This document shows positions 18,138 to 27,634 of a stretch of DNA of 64,000 nucleotides, in pieces (position 1 is the stretch's first letter; every line of letters begins with the position of its first letter). Source of the stretch: Candidatus Levyibacteriota bacterium (GTDB lineage: Bacteria; Patescibacteriota; Microgenomatia; Levybacterales; UBA12049); assembly GCA_052034235.1 (NCBI GenBank), contig JBPOIT010000008.1:79081-143080 (forward strand), written 5' to 3'. Below the pieces are notes generated by a model. That model was given only the letters and a program-made list of their open reading frames with translations, ran no database searches and was not told the origin of the DNA. Both the position numbers and the translations under genes were made by a program.

Positions 18138-19628
18138 CTACACAATTTTATTTAATGCATCCAAATATGCTTTGACTGATGCGACGACGATATCTGAATC
18201 TGCTCCGAAGCCGTAAAACAGAACGCCCTTATGAGCGATTTGGATATGTACTTTCCCTGTGTCATCGCTGCCTCGGGTAAGAGCCTGGACCAAATATTCT
18301 TCAAGCACAACTTTTTTCTTAAGGATTTTATCAATAGCATGAAACGCAGAGTCGACCGGTCCATTTCCAGTAGCTGTTGAAACTTCTTCCTTACCGTTTA
18401 ACAATAATTTCACTGTTGCCATAGGTGCAAGAGGAGTGCCACAAACAACTTGCAAAAGGGTAAGTTTGGCACCAGCATCATTGGCCGAATCGCCCATAAG
18501 TATTCGCAAATCATCATCGTTGATATCTTTTTTCTTATCAGCAACGTTTAAAAATTCCTGATAAACACTATCAAGCTTTTCCTGAGTCAATTTATACCCC
18601 AAACGCTCCATGTGATGCTTCAATGCTGCTCTTCCACTTCTTGCAGTAAGTGCGAGTGAAGATTCTTTGATACCCACATCTTCAGGACTCATAATTTCAT
18701 AGGTAAAGCGATTTTTTAAAACCCCATTCTGATGAATACCTGAGGAATGAGCAAATGCATTGCGCCCGACAATTGCTTTGTTTGCTTGTACTGGCATACG
18801 CATGAGACGAGAAACCAAACGTGACGTTGGATAGATCTTTTTTGTATTGATATTGGTAACTGCATTGAGATCTTTACGGGTTTTTAAAATCATAACAGCC
18901 TCTTCAAGTGACGTATTACCAGCACGTTCTCCAACACCATTTATGGTTACTTCAAACTGACGAGCGCCGTTTTGGACTGCTGCGATTGTGTTCGCTGTTG
19001 CCATACCAAGATCATTATGACAATGAACACTTACAATAACCCTGTCAATTCCCTTTACATTCTCAAAGAGATATTTAATTTTTGCACCAAATTCATTTGG
19101 CAAGCAATAACCTGTGGTATCCGGAATATTAACCGTTGTTGCGCCAGCTTGAATTGCTGCTTGGATAAATTGCGCAAGAAATGCATTCTCTGTACGCCCT
19201 GCATCCATGGCTGAGAACTCAACATCCTGCGTAAACTTTTTGGCATATTTGACGGCCTCGACAGCTTGCTCCGTGATTTTTTCGCGCGTTGAGCGGAACT
19301 GATGAATGATATGGATGTCAGAACTACTGATAAAGGTGTGGATTCGTTTGTGTTTGGCAAATTTCAACGATTCAGCTGCTGCATCAATGTCTCCCTTTAT
19401 CGCTCGTGATAATGCGGTAATCACAGGCTCTTTCACATTTTTTGAAATTTCCTGGACTGACTTTAAATCACCTGGACTTGAGATAGGGAAGCCTGCCTCG
19501 ATGATATCAACACCCAAAGCCTCAAGCGATTGTGCCACTTCAATTTTTTCAACAGTATTCAGCTGGCAACCCGGTACCTGCTCACCATCACGAAGTGTCG
19601 TATCAAAGATAAATATTTTATTTTTCAT
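18138..19628 (-). CDS. leuA: 2-isopropylmalate synthase
   Basis: [10 protein letters not shown]-terminus, [13 protein letters not shown] motif, C-terminal LeuA dimerisation domain; 496 aa. Confidence 0.85.
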   Translation of the reverse strand: MKNKIFIFDTTLRDGEQVPGCQLNTVEKIEVAQSLEALGVDIIEAGFPISSPGDLKSVQEISKNVKEPVITALSRAIKGDIDAAAESLKFAKHKRIHTFISSSDIHIIHQFRSTREKITEQAVEAVKYAKKFTQDVEFSAMDAGRTENAFLAQFIQAAIQAGATTVNIPDTTGYCLPNEFGAKIKYLFENVKGIDRVIVSVHCHNDLGMATANTIAAVQNGARQFEVTINGVGERAGNTSLEEAVMILKTRKDLNAVTNINTKKIYPTSRLVSRLMRMPVQANKAIVGRNAFAHSSGIHQNGVLKNRFTYEIMSPEDVGIKESSLALTARSGRAALKHHMERLGYKLTQEKLDSVYQEFLNVADKKKDINDDDLRILMGDSANDAGAKLTLLQVVCGTPLAPMATVKLLLNGKEEVSTATGNGPVDSAFHAIDKILKKKVVLEEYLVQALTRGSDDTGKVHIQIAHKGVLFYGFGADSDIVVASVKAYLDALNKIV

Positions 19629-20463
19629 TATGTTTTGTTTCTACTTTAGTAAAGATATTTTTCCTAAAAAACAGTATATACACCATGCCAATATATCCTA
19701 CCATTATAGCAAGTCTTGCCCCGCTAAAATGCTGGTCGATGCCGGTAAATGTCTGCAGCGCATGACCAACCAAACTGTGTGAATCCGGCAGGAACGGCAT
19801 ATGCAGCGGCACAATTTCATACAGTTCGACATGCCAATAAATTTCAAACAATTCAGTGATACCGTTTTGCACCATCGCAGCTCCCAGCAGTATAATCATA
19901 TACTCAGTAATTTGAAAGACTCGCTTCACTGAAAATTTCAGATAAGCCATACTGGTAGCCAAACCAACTGCACCGGCGCTGAGAAAACCGGTAAACAATC
20001 CTGCCATATTCTGAAAGAACACTGAGAAAAGAGAAGTACTTGCCGTGAACAATGCAATCTCAAACCCTTCACGAACGACTAAAAATAAAATGGTAAAAAA
20101 GAGTGAAACATCAAATACGTTCTTCTTCAGTTTTTCAGCGGCTTTTTTAATAACCGACATTTTTTGCACATGCATGACTTTGTGCAGTGAAAAAATAACA
20201 TAAGCCAAGAAACAACCTGAAAAGATCATCAAATAACTCTCAAGCACTTCAGCATTTTCTTCTGTCAAAACAGCCCGAGCGCTGTCACCAAAAGCAAATG
20301 TTCCGATTGCCAGCACAAATGCAATTGCCATACCCACTCCGGCTGCAAGAACAATTTCTTTTTCCTTTCTCAGCTGCAGGGACCTCGAAAGTCCCCAAAA
20401 GACACCTACAATCAAAAAGGCTTCCAAAAATTCTCTAAAACTAATCAACGCTGTTGTAAACAT
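19618..20463 (-). CDS. FTR1/EfeU-family permease-like membrane protein
   Basis: Two RExxE motifs in predicted TM helices ([10 protein letters not shown] and [10 protein letters not shown]); multi-TM; overlaps leuA start by 11 nt; lies between Leu leader attenuator and leuA. Confidence 0.5.
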   Translation of the reverse strand: MFTTALISFREFLEAFLIVGVFWGLSRSLQLRKEKEIVLAAGVGMAIAFVLAIGTFAFGDSARAVLTEENAEVLESYLMIFSGCFLAYVIFSLHKVMHVQKMSVIKKAAEKLKKNVFDVSLFFTILFLVVREGFEIALFTASTSLFSVFFQNMAGLFTGFLSAGAVGLATSMAYLKFSVKRVFQITEYMIILLGAAMVQNGITELFEIYWHVELYEIVPLHMPFLPDSHSLVGHALQTFTGIDQHFSGARLAIMVGYIGMVYILFFRKNIFTKVETKHNEK

Positions 20464-20480
20464 AAAATCGATTTAAGCCA

Positions 20481-20502
20481 TAAAAAAACCGCCTTCCGGC
20501 GG
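20481..20502 (-). terminator. intrinsic terminator of Leu attenuator (ccgcc-GGAA-ggcgg + U7) immediately upstream of FTR1-like gene
   Basis: minus-strand RNA cccgccggaaggcgg followed by ttttttt, then ATG of 19618-20463 gene 18 nt later. Confidence 0.65.
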
Positions 20503-20541
20503 GTTTGTTTGTCGAATTTTTAACCAAACAAATCTCGCCGT

Positions 20542-20589
20542 TTACACGGTAAGGAGAGCAAGGTTAAGTAGAATATTTTGGCTGTTCAT
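20542..20589 (-). CDS. Leu-rich leader peptide MNSQNILLNLALLTV (15 aa)
   Basis: 5 Leu in 7 consecutive codons; sits between a TTGACG-17-TACAAT promoter and the terminator. Confidence 0.55.
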   Translation of the reverse strand: MNSQNILLNLALLTV

Positions 20590-20596
20590 ATGAATC

Positions 20597-20625
20597 ATTG
20601 TAACAAGACCTTAATTTCCCGTCAA
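20597..20625 (-). promoter_or_regulatory. sigma70-like promoter TTGACG-17nt-TACAAT for leu leader
   Basis: read on minus strand: ttgacgggaaattaaggtcttgttacaat. Confidence 0.5.
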
Positions 20626-20633
20626 GCATTAAT

Positions 20634-21557
20634 TTAGAATTGCACCTTTGTGCACCAGCTTATGTAGGCTTCGTCTTGGCCTCTGACTACTGAGAAGAAT
20701 TTATCTTGGAGTTTTTTGGTTAATAGGCCGATTTTTTCTGAGATGACTCTTTTATCGATGCTATGAACCCAAGCTACTTGGCATCCAGTTCCTGAAAGGA
20801 AGATTTCGTCAGCGACGTAGATTTCTGTACGCTCGATCGGGCGGGCTTCAACTGGGATTCCCATGTCTTTTGCGAGCTGTATTACTGAGCGGCGGGTGAT
20901 GCCTTCGAGAACGCCTTCTGAGACTGTGGGTGTTATCAAAATACCATCACGGATCATAAAGAAATTTTCAGCTGAACCTTCTGCCACATGACCATCTTTA
21001 TTAAGCATAATAGCCTCATCATAACCGTTGTCTGTAGCTTCTTTTCGTGCTAGTGCTGAATTGATATAGCCACCGGAAGCTTTGGCACGGGAAGGGATAG
21101 CGTTATCTGAAATTCGCTGCCACGTAGAAACACCCATATTCAAACCTTTACTGACAGGCAAATATTCACCAAGTGGGATCATGTAGAGTGTAAAATCGAG
21201 TGTGGTATTGGCAAGATTTGGACCGAGTTCTAAATTGCCGACATAAGCAAACGGACGGAAATAGACGTCAGTTGTTGGTTTATTTTTTTTGAGAAGATCA
21301 AGCGTAATCGTTTTGAGCTGGTCTTTATCATAGGGAAAACCACAGCCTAATATCCTAACACTTGAGAGAAAACGCTTGTAATGGTCATCCAAACGAAATA
21401 CATAGACAGCTTTTTCTTTTTGATTGTAATACCCGCGAATTCCGCCAAAAATACCTGTGCCGTATTGCAGTGCATTGGTTTGAACTGACACTTTCGCGTC
21501 TTCCATTTTGACTACTTTATTCTCAAAAAATGCGTAGGGAAAAGATCCGGTTTTCAT
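20634..21557 (-). CDS. ilvE: branched-chain amino acid aminotransferase
   Basis: class IV aminotransferase fold, 307 aa, within ilv cluster. Confidence 0.8.
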   Translation of the reverse strand: MKTGSFPYAFFENKVVKMEDAKVSVQTNALQYGTGIFGGIRGYYNQKEKAVYVFRLDDHYKRFLSSVRILGCGFPYDKDQLKTITLDLLKKNKPTTDVYFRPFAYVGNLELGPNLANTTLDFTLYMIPLGEYLPVSKGLNMGVSTWQRISDNAIPSRAKASGGYINSALARKEATDNGYDEAIMLNKDGHVAEGSAENFFMIRDGILITPTVSEGVLEGITRRSVIQLAKDMGIPVEARPIERTEIYVADEIFLSGTGCQVAWVHSIDKRVISEKIGLLTKKLQDKFFSVVRGQDEAYISWCTKVQF

Positions 21558-21558
21558 A

Positions 21559-21852
21559 TTATTTCAAAAATGTCGGGCCGACTTTGCATGGTTTAATTTC
21601 AATTTTCTCCCAAACTTTATTTACCACATATGGTTCAACAAGCAACCATTCATCAAGTTCAGTTCTACTAGGAAAATCCATCACCATAACTGAACCATTC
21701 ATGTGGCCATCAGTATCAAGCGTTGCTATGCCATACAAATAGCTTCCTGCAGCTTTCATCTGATCACCTAATGCAACATGCTTTTCTCTAACATCAAGAC
21801 GTCTTTTTAGACCTCCATCTTTATAATCATGAGCTATTATTAGAAATTGCAT
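21559..21852 (-). CDS. YciI-like small protein
   Basis: 97 aa, MQFLIIAHDYKDGG...HVALGDQMKAAG pattern of YciI/DGPF family; inserted between ilvD and ilvE. Confidence 0.5.
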   Translation of the reverse strand: MQFLIIAHDYKDGGLKRRLDVREKHVALGDQMKAAGSYLYGIATLDTDGHMNGSVMVMDFPSRTELDEWLLVEPYVVNKVWEKIEIKPCKVGPTFLK

Positions 21853-21864
21853 GGCACCTCCATT

Positions 21865-23661
21865 TTACCACATTCCAGCACCATCTATGGCTTGTTTGGC
21901 TGTTAATCTCATGCGTTTAAGCAGTCTGTTATTTATTGTTTTAACAAAAGGATGCATTCCGCCATTTTTCTCAGCTGTCTGATCCCAAATCTTTTTGCGA
22001 GCTTTAAAGATGACCGGATCGTCAAGTTGTACACAATCCATACTGTCTTTGTTGATATCAATGATAATATCATCACCGTCTTCAACAAGGGCAATAGGGC
22101 CGCCGAGGAATGCTTCAGGGCCGACATGGCCAATGACGAGTCCGACTGAACCGCCTGAGAAACGAGCATCAGTCATAAGGGCAATGGTAATATTCTTTTC
22201 GCGACAAAGTGTTGTAATGCGTGACGTCGGATCAAGCATCTCAGGCATGCCTGGAGCGCCACGAGGACCCTCGTAGCGAATGACAACCATATCTTTGTCC
22301 TGAAATACATCTGGAGTTTTTTCAAGTGTATCGAGAAGTTCTCTCTCACTATTAAAAACACGAGCTTTCCCTTTGAACACACCGTTTTCCATTCCTGTTT
22401 CAACACCTGCAACTTTGATGACTGCACCGCCTTTGGGAGCGAGATTGCCTGTAAGCAAACGCAATCCGCCAGTTTTTTTAAATGGTTTTTTCACGGACAA
22501 AATAACCTCACCGTCGGGTTTTGGTGGAGCTAAACGTTTTATCTGCTCTGAAAGTGTTTCGCCTGTACACGTCATGCAATTACCATCCAAAAAGCCTGCA
22601 TCTAACAGTTCTTTAACAATCACCGGCAGACCACCTTTTTCTTCGATATCAACCATCGAATACGCGCCAAACGGTCTGGCATTTATGAGAACAGGCAAAC
22701 TGTGGGAGAGTTTATTAAATTCTTTTTGAGTCATCACATCTTCCCACAGATCAAATCCAGCAGCCCTCGCGATTTCAACAGAGTGGAGGACGACATTGGT
22801 TGAACCGCCCATAGCAATCGCAACTGCAAGCGCGTTACGAAGTGAAGCCGGCGTGACGAGGTTTTTGGGTCTGATACCTTTTTTGGTCATAGTGAGAAGA
22901 CAATCAATCAGCTGCTCAGGAAATTCTGTCACTCTTCGTGGATCATCTGACGTCGGGGTTACCATATGCAGCGGTTCCAAACCAACAAGTGCGATAAAGG
23001 TTTGCATCGTGTTATACGTAAACATCCCTCCACAGCTTCCCTGACCACAACAAGCATTGAGAGCAACACGTTTTTTCTTATCTTCGTCTGGATCACCTGC
23101 AACTTGAAAAGCACTTACGATATCAATTCGCTCGTGCGTTTGAGGATCAAGGCCAGGTTTGATTGAACCGTCTGAGAAAATGACTGCTGGCTGGTTGTGT
23201 TCCAAAATTGCAGCAAGTGTTCCAACGGGAGGTTTGTCACAGGCAACAACTGAAATACAGCCCTGTACTTTGCTTGCACTTAAATGAATGGTGATTGCAT
23301 CGTGTGTTACTTCACGACCGATGAGGGAAAAGCGCATTTCATCAGTTCCATTGAGTTGGCCGTCCGAAACACCGATTGTGTAAGCTGGAGGGATAAGACG
23401 AGCTGGAAGATTGTCTTTTTTTATGCGAGCTGCCAGCGCTTTATGGATGATTTTTACTTTTTCTGTAACCCCCACGTAACATTGACTATCACCGAGACTG
23501 CCAGTTACTGCCCACACAGGTTCGTGAATTTTGATGGGGGATTGGCCGAGGAAACGAGCAGTTCCCACGCGCTGTACATCACGTCCGGGGTTGTCCACGA
23601 CAAATTCAGACGTATCAACAGTTTTCTCTTCACACTGACAATTTTCTCCACAGCTTTTCAT
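21865..23661 (-). CDS. ilvD: dihydroxy-acid dehydratase
   Basis: 598 aa ILVD/EDD family; Cys ligand region CGQGSCGGMFTYNTMQT-like. Confidence 0.85.
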   Translation of the reverse strand: MKSCGENCQCEEKTVDTSEFVVDNPGRDVQRVGTARFLGQSPIKIHEPVWAVTGSLGDSQCYVGVTEKVKIIHKALAARIKKDNLPARLIPPAYTIGVSDGQLNGTDEMRFSLIGREVTHDAITIHLSASKVQGCISVVACDKPPVGTLAAILEHNQPAVIFSDGSIKPGLDPQTHERIDIVSAFQVAGDPDEDKKKRVALNACCGQGSCGGMFTYNTMQTFIALVGLEPLHMVTPTSDDPRRVTEFPEQLIDCLLTMTKKGIRPKNLVTPASLRNALAVAIAMGGSTNVVLHSVEIARAAGFDLWEDVMTQKEFNKLSHSLPVLINARPFGAYSMVDIEEKGGLPVIVKELLDAGFLDGNCMTCTGETLSEQIKRLAPPKPDGEVILSVKKPFKKTGGLRLLTGNLAPKGGAVIKVAGVETGMENGVFKGKARVFNSERELLDTLEKTPDVFQDKDMVVIRYEGPRGAPGMPEMLDPTSRITTLCREKNITIALMTDARFSGGSVGLVIGHVGPEAFLGGPIALVEDGDDIIIDINKDSMDCVQLDDPVIFKARKKIWDQTAEKNGGMHPFVKTINNRLLKRMRLTAKQAIDGAGMW

Positions 23662-24122
23662 TTTTTTGAATATTCTGCAAGTTCTAAAATAATGCCTTCC
23701 GGTCCGTAGAAATAACAGAGTTTTTTCTTTGACGGAGCATAATCCTGAATCTCACTAAAAAAGGTTACGTTTCTCTTCTTTAATTGTGCAACAACCGCTT
23801 CAATGTTTTCAACCTCAAAAGCAAGATGTCTCAATCCGTGATGATTGGCTTTACTTATCTTTTCCTCTGAATCATCAACCGGTGAATCGTATTGTATCAG
23901 TTCAAGATTGGTTTGAGCAGCATCCAAACGAAGCGCGCAATATTCTGCTTTGACATTTTTCAGTTGAGTAACGGCATCAACCCAACCTCCAGTCAAAGTT
24001 CCTTCGTGAACAATGCTAAATCCTAAATCCAAAAAGAATTTTTTGGCAGCAGGCAAATCTGTAACGACGATATTTATATGATCAATTTTGAGAAGAGACG
24101 CAGAGGATGTTCGCTGCTTCAT
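23658..24122 (-). CDS. glyoxalase/VOC family protein
   Basis: 154 aa, two beta-alpha-beta-beta-beta modules (IDHINIVVTDL...; GLRHLAFEVENIE); overlaps ilvD start by 4 nt and ilvC end by 1 nt. Confidence 0.55.
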   Translation of the reverse strand: MKQRTSSASLLKIDHINIVVTDLPAAKKFFLDLGFSIVHEGTLTGGWVDAVTQLKNVKAEYCALRLDAAQTNLELIQYDSPVDDSEEKISKANHHGLRHLAFEVENIEAVVAQLKKRNVTFFSEIQDYAPSKKKLCYFYGPEGIILELAEYSKK

Positions 24123-25201
24123 TATTTTTTCGTTTTAGCTGCTGGCTTAATTGCTTTTTGATACTCTGGGCGAAGTTTGCGAACTTGTTTGCCTGTTTGC
24201 CACAGTTCACTTTCATCCATTTCTTTGAGTTCTTTTGCCAATTTTTCGCGGTAATCTGGTTTACTGTTTGCTTTGATAGTTATTTCAGCTTCCTTGCCGG
24301 ATTTGACGCTGTCATACAGTTCTTTAAAGACTGGTTCAACAGCTTTTCTGAATTTTGGCTTCCAATCAAGTGCGCCGCGCTGTGCTGTTGTTGAACAATT
24401 TGCAAACATCCAGTCCATACCATTCTCACCGATAAGAGGGATAAGACTTTGTGTTGCTTCTTCAACGGTTTCGTTAAATGCTTCGGATGGAGAGTGGCCT
24501 TTCTTGCGAAGCAAATTATATTGTGCTTCCATAAGACCAGCAATTGCTCCCATCAAAACACCACGCTCACCGGTTAAATCACTGTACACTTCGTTTTTGA
24601 AAGTGGTTTCAAACAAGAATCCTGAACCAATGCCGATACCCATAGATTTAACTTTATCAGCTGCTTTACCAGTTGCGTCTTGATACACGGCAAAACTTGC
24701 ATTGATACCACGACCTTCAAGAAAAATCTTGCGAACGGTACGTCCTGAACCTTTTGGAGCAACCAAAATAACATCAACATCTTTTGGAGGAACGATACCT
24801 GTTTGTTTGGCATAGGTAACCGCAAACCCATGAGAGAAATATAACGTTTTACCAGCGGTTAAATATTTTTTAACCGTTGGCCAGAGTGCAATTTGTGCTG
24901 CGTCTGAGAGGAGAACGCACAAAATGGTACCACGCTCCGCTGCTTCTTCAATTGAGAAAAGTGTTTTACCTTCAACCCAGCCGTCTTCTTTTGCCTTTTT
25001 GTAAGAAGCTGATGGTTTTCTTTGTCCGACAATGACATTAAAACCATTGTCTCTGAGATTTAACGCTTGTGCTGGTCCTTGCACGCCGTAACCAATAACA
25101 GCAATGGTTTCATTCTTTAAAACCTTTTTTGCTTTTTCAAGTGTAAATTCTTCTCTTGTTACGACGTCTTCTTTTACGCCGCCGAAATTCATTTTTGCCA
25201 T
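24122..25201 (-). CDS. ilvC: ketol-acid reductoisomerase
   Basis: IGYGVQGPAQALNLRDNG NADPH-binding N-terminus; 359 aa. Confidence 0.85.
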   Translation of the reverse strand: MAKMNFGGVKEDVVTREEFTLEKAKKVLKNETIAVIGYGVQGPAQALNLRDNGFNVIVGQRKPSASYKKAKEDGWVEGKTLFSIEEAAERGTILCVLLSDAAQIALWPTVKKYLTAGKTLYFSHGFAVTYAKQTGIVPPKDVDVILVAPKGSGRTVRKIFLEGRGINASFAVYQDATGKAADKVKSMGIGIGSGFLFETTFKNEVYSDLTGERGVLMGAIAGLMEAQYNLLRKKGHSPSEAFNETVEEATQSLIPLIGENGMDWMFANCSTTAQRGALDWKPKFRKAVEPVFKELYDSVKSGKEAEITIKANSKPDYREKLAKELKEMDESELWQTGKQVRKLRPEYQKAIKPAAKTKK

Positions 25202-25263
25202 AGAGTTCCTTTCAAAATATCCTAAACAATTAGAATTTTTAGATTATACAACCAAATCTTAAT

Positions 25264-25773
25264 CTATTCAATATCTTTATCGTCTTTTAAGACGGCAATT
25301 CTGCCAGATCTGACGAATTCCAAGATACCAAATGGTTTGAGTTTTGAAAATAATAAATTAACTTCTTTTTCCGAGCCAGTCAGTTCAACAGTAATTGAGC
25401 CTGCTCTGTTCAAAACGATGGGTGTATGAAATTCGTGAGCAATTTTACCTATTTCATATTCTTGTTTCTTATCTTTGACTGAAACTTTAATAAGCGCAAC
25501 TTCCTTATACACTAACTCACTATTTGACTTTGCCATCACTTTGACGACTTCAATAATTCGATAAAGATGTTTGACTGTTCTATCAACAAGCTGTCTGTCA
25601 GCATTTACTGCAACGGTAAAGCGTGAAATACCTGGTTGTTCTGTCTCTGAAACGGTAAGGCTTTCAATATTTACCTTTCTACGCAAAAATAAATCAGAAA
25701 TACGATAAAGCACGCCCGGCTTGTTCTCGGCGAAAATAATAATGGTATATAAATTTAAGTCAGTCAATGTCAT
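25264..25773 (-). CDS. ilvN: acetolactate synthase small (regulatory) subunit
   Basis: ACT domain ENKPGVLYRISDLFLRRKVNIESLTV; 169 aa; follows ilvB. Confidence 0.8.
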   Translation of the reverse strand: MTLTDLNLYTIIIFAENKPGVLYRISDLFLRRKVNIESLTVSETEQPGISRFTVAVNADRQLVDRTVKHLYRIIEVVKVMAKSNSELVYKEVALIKVSVKDKKQEYEIGKIAHEFHTPIVLNRAGSITVELTGSEKEVNLLFSKLKPFGILEFVRSGRIAVLKDDKDIE

Positions 25774-25776
25774 AGG

Positions 25777-27465
25777 TTATTTCAATCGTACCTCCGCAAC
25801 GCTTGCACCTGTTGGCACCATTGGGAACACATTTTCTTCTTTTCTGACAACAATTTCCAAAACCTGCGGGCCTTTCGCTGCAATCAACCGGTCTAATGCT
25901 TTACTTAAATCTGCACGCTTTTCAACTTTGTGGGCATCGAGTCTGAAACCTTTGGCAACTGCTACAAAATCAGGATTATTCATTTCAGTAAACGAATAAC
26001 GTTTTTCAAAAAACATTTCCTGCCACTGCCGCACCATACCTAAGAAATTATTGTTCAGAATAATAATTTTGACGGGGATTTGTTCCTGTGCAATTGTTGC
26101 AAGTTCTTGAATATTCATTTGAAAACTTCCGTCTCCGTTTATCGCAAAAACTTCTTCTTTTGGCCTCCCAACCTTGGCACCCATAGCTGCAGGAAGTGCA
26201 AAACCCATCGTACCTGCACCTCCAGAAGTAACAAAGGTATCAGGTTTTTGGTATTCGTAATACCTGGCTGTCATCATTTGATGCTGACCGACATCAGCCA
26301 CAATAATTGCTTCTCCTTTTGTTTTATCTGAGAGCATTTTGATAACTTCAGGCATACTGATTTCGCCAGTCAGCGGATCAGTTTCGTGTTTATATACTGT
26401 TTCGTATTCTTTCTTTTTGCACGCAGCAAATTTCGCAAGCCACTGGGGATGTGTTTGTTTTTTGACGTGCTTGGTGAGTGCCTTCAGTGCAGCTTTCGCA
26501 TCTGCCGCAATAGCGATATCAACCTGAATTATTTTATTTATTTCTGCTGGATCGATATCAACATGGATAATTTTTGCATTTGACGCATAATCTGAAACTC
26601 TACCTGTGACGCGGTCATCAAATCGCATACCGACGGCGATTATCACATCAGCTTCGTTGGTTAACAGATTTGGACCATAATTGCCATGCATGCCGAGCAT
26701 CCCAGCGTATAATGGGTGAGAAGCAGGGAATGCAGACAATCCGTGCAGTGTTACACCCACAGGAATACCGGTTTTTTCGACAAACGTTATGAGTTCTTTT
26801 TCTGCTTTGGAAATCAAAATACCGTGCCCAATCAGCATGAATGGTTTTTTGGCATTATTTATAACTTCTGCGGCTTCTTCAATCTGCATCATATCAGGCT
26901 CTTTTTCAGGATGATAACTTGGCAATGAAGTGATTTTTTTGTATGTAAACTCCATTAATTCGATTTGTGCATTTTTGGTGATATCAACCAAAACTGGACC
27001 TGGACGGCCAGAATTGGCGATATAAAAGGCTTTGGCCATGACTTCAGGAATTTCCGCCGCTCGGGTAACCTGATAATTCCATTTGGTGATTGGGGTAGTA
27101 ATACCGATAACGTCAGCTTCCTGAAATGCATCAGTTCCGATGACAGCTGCCGCAACTTGTCCAGTAATACAAACCAGAGGAACTGAATCCATCTGAGCAT
27201 CAACAATTGCGGTAACTAAATTGGTGGCACCAGGTCCTGATGTAACTAAACAAACTCCCTGGCGTCCTGTTACTCGAGCATATCCTTCAGCAGCATGTCC
27301 AGCACCCTGCTCATGTCTCACTAAAATATGGCGCAATTTATCTTTGTAATCATACAACGCGTCATAAGTCGGCATGATTGCACCGCCAGGATAACCGAAG
27401 ATTACTTCGACACCTTCGTGCACCAAAGATTCCATTATTGCTTGTCCGCCTGTTATTTTTTTCAT
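25777..27465 (-). CDS. ilvB: acetolactate synthase large subunit
   Basis: TPP-enzyme motifs; start taken at MKKITGGQAIMESLVHEGVE (ATG 27465) because upstream 29 codons of ORF overlap the leader/terminator. Confidence 0.85.
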   Translation of the reverse strand: MKKITGGQAIMESLVHEGVEVIFGYPGGAIMPTYDALYDYKDKLRHILVRHEQGAGHAAEGYARVTGRQGVCLVTSGPGATNLVTAIVDAQMDSVPLVCITGQVAAAVIGTDAFQEADVIGITTPITKWNYQVTRAAEIPEVMAKAFYIANSGRPGPVLVDITKNAQIELMEFTYKKITSLPSYHPEKEPDMMQIEEAAEVINNAKKPFMLIGHGILISKAEKELITFVEKTGIPVGVTLHGLSAFPASHPLYAGMLGMHGNYGPNLLTNEADVIIAVGMRFDDRVTGRVSDYASNAKIIHVDIDPAEINKIIQVDIAIAADAKAALKALTKHVKKQTHPQWLAKFAACKKKEYETVYKHETDPLTGEISMPEVIKMLSDKTKGEAIIVADVGQHQMMTARYYEYQKPDTFVTSGGAGTMGFALPAAMGAKVGRPKEEVFAINGDGSFQMNIQELATIAQEQIPVKIIILNNNFLGMVRQWQEMFFEKRYSFTEMNNPDFVAVAKGFRLDAHKVEKRADLSKALDRLIAAKGPQVLEIVVRKEENVFPMVPTGASVAEVRLK

Positions 27466-27476
27466 AATATAAACAT

Positions 27477-27497
27477 AAAAAAACCGCCTTTCGGCGG
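27477..27497 (-). terminator. intrinsic terminator of ilv attenuator (ccgcc-GAAA-ggcgg + U7)
   Basis: minus-strand RNA caagcaccgccgaaaggcggttttttt immediately upstream of ilvB ATG. Confidence 0.65.
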
Positions 27498-27532
27498 TGC
27501 TTGATTGGTCCAGGTCACAATCAATCCCGCCT

Positions 27533-27580
27533 CTAGGAGGCAAGAGCGACAATGACTAGAAGAGCTGCTGAATTTCTCAT
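27533..27580 (-). CDS. BCAA-rich leader peptide MRNSAALLVIVALAS (15 aa)
   Basis: LLVIVAL run of Leu/Val/Ile codons between strong promoter and terminator upstream of ilvB. Confidence 0.55.
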   Translation of the reverse strand: MRNSAALLVIVALAS

Positions 27581-27589
27581 GTTACAATC

Positions 27590-27617
27590 ATTCTATCACA
27601 AGCCCTAAGCTTGTCAA
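27590..27617 (-). promoter_or_regulatory. sigma70-like promoter TTGACA-16nt-TAGAAT (with TGn) for ilv leader
   Basis: minus strand: cttgacaagcttagggcttgtgatagaat. Confidence 0.5.
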
Positions 27618-27634
27618 GGACTACTATCAGGAGA

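Noticed and set aside
25777-27552. Annotated 591-aa ilvB ORF including 29 N-terminal codons (MSLLPPRGGIDCDLDQSS...)
   Set aside because: Extension runs through the attenuator terminator and leader peptide region; conserved AHAS N-terminus begins at MKKITGG (ATG 27465)
27466-27634. T-box riboswitch upstream of ilvB / leuA
   Set aside because: Looked for the conserved T-box motif (AGGGUGGNACCGCG) on the minus strand in both leaders and did not find it; leader peptides with cognate codon runs explain the terminators instead
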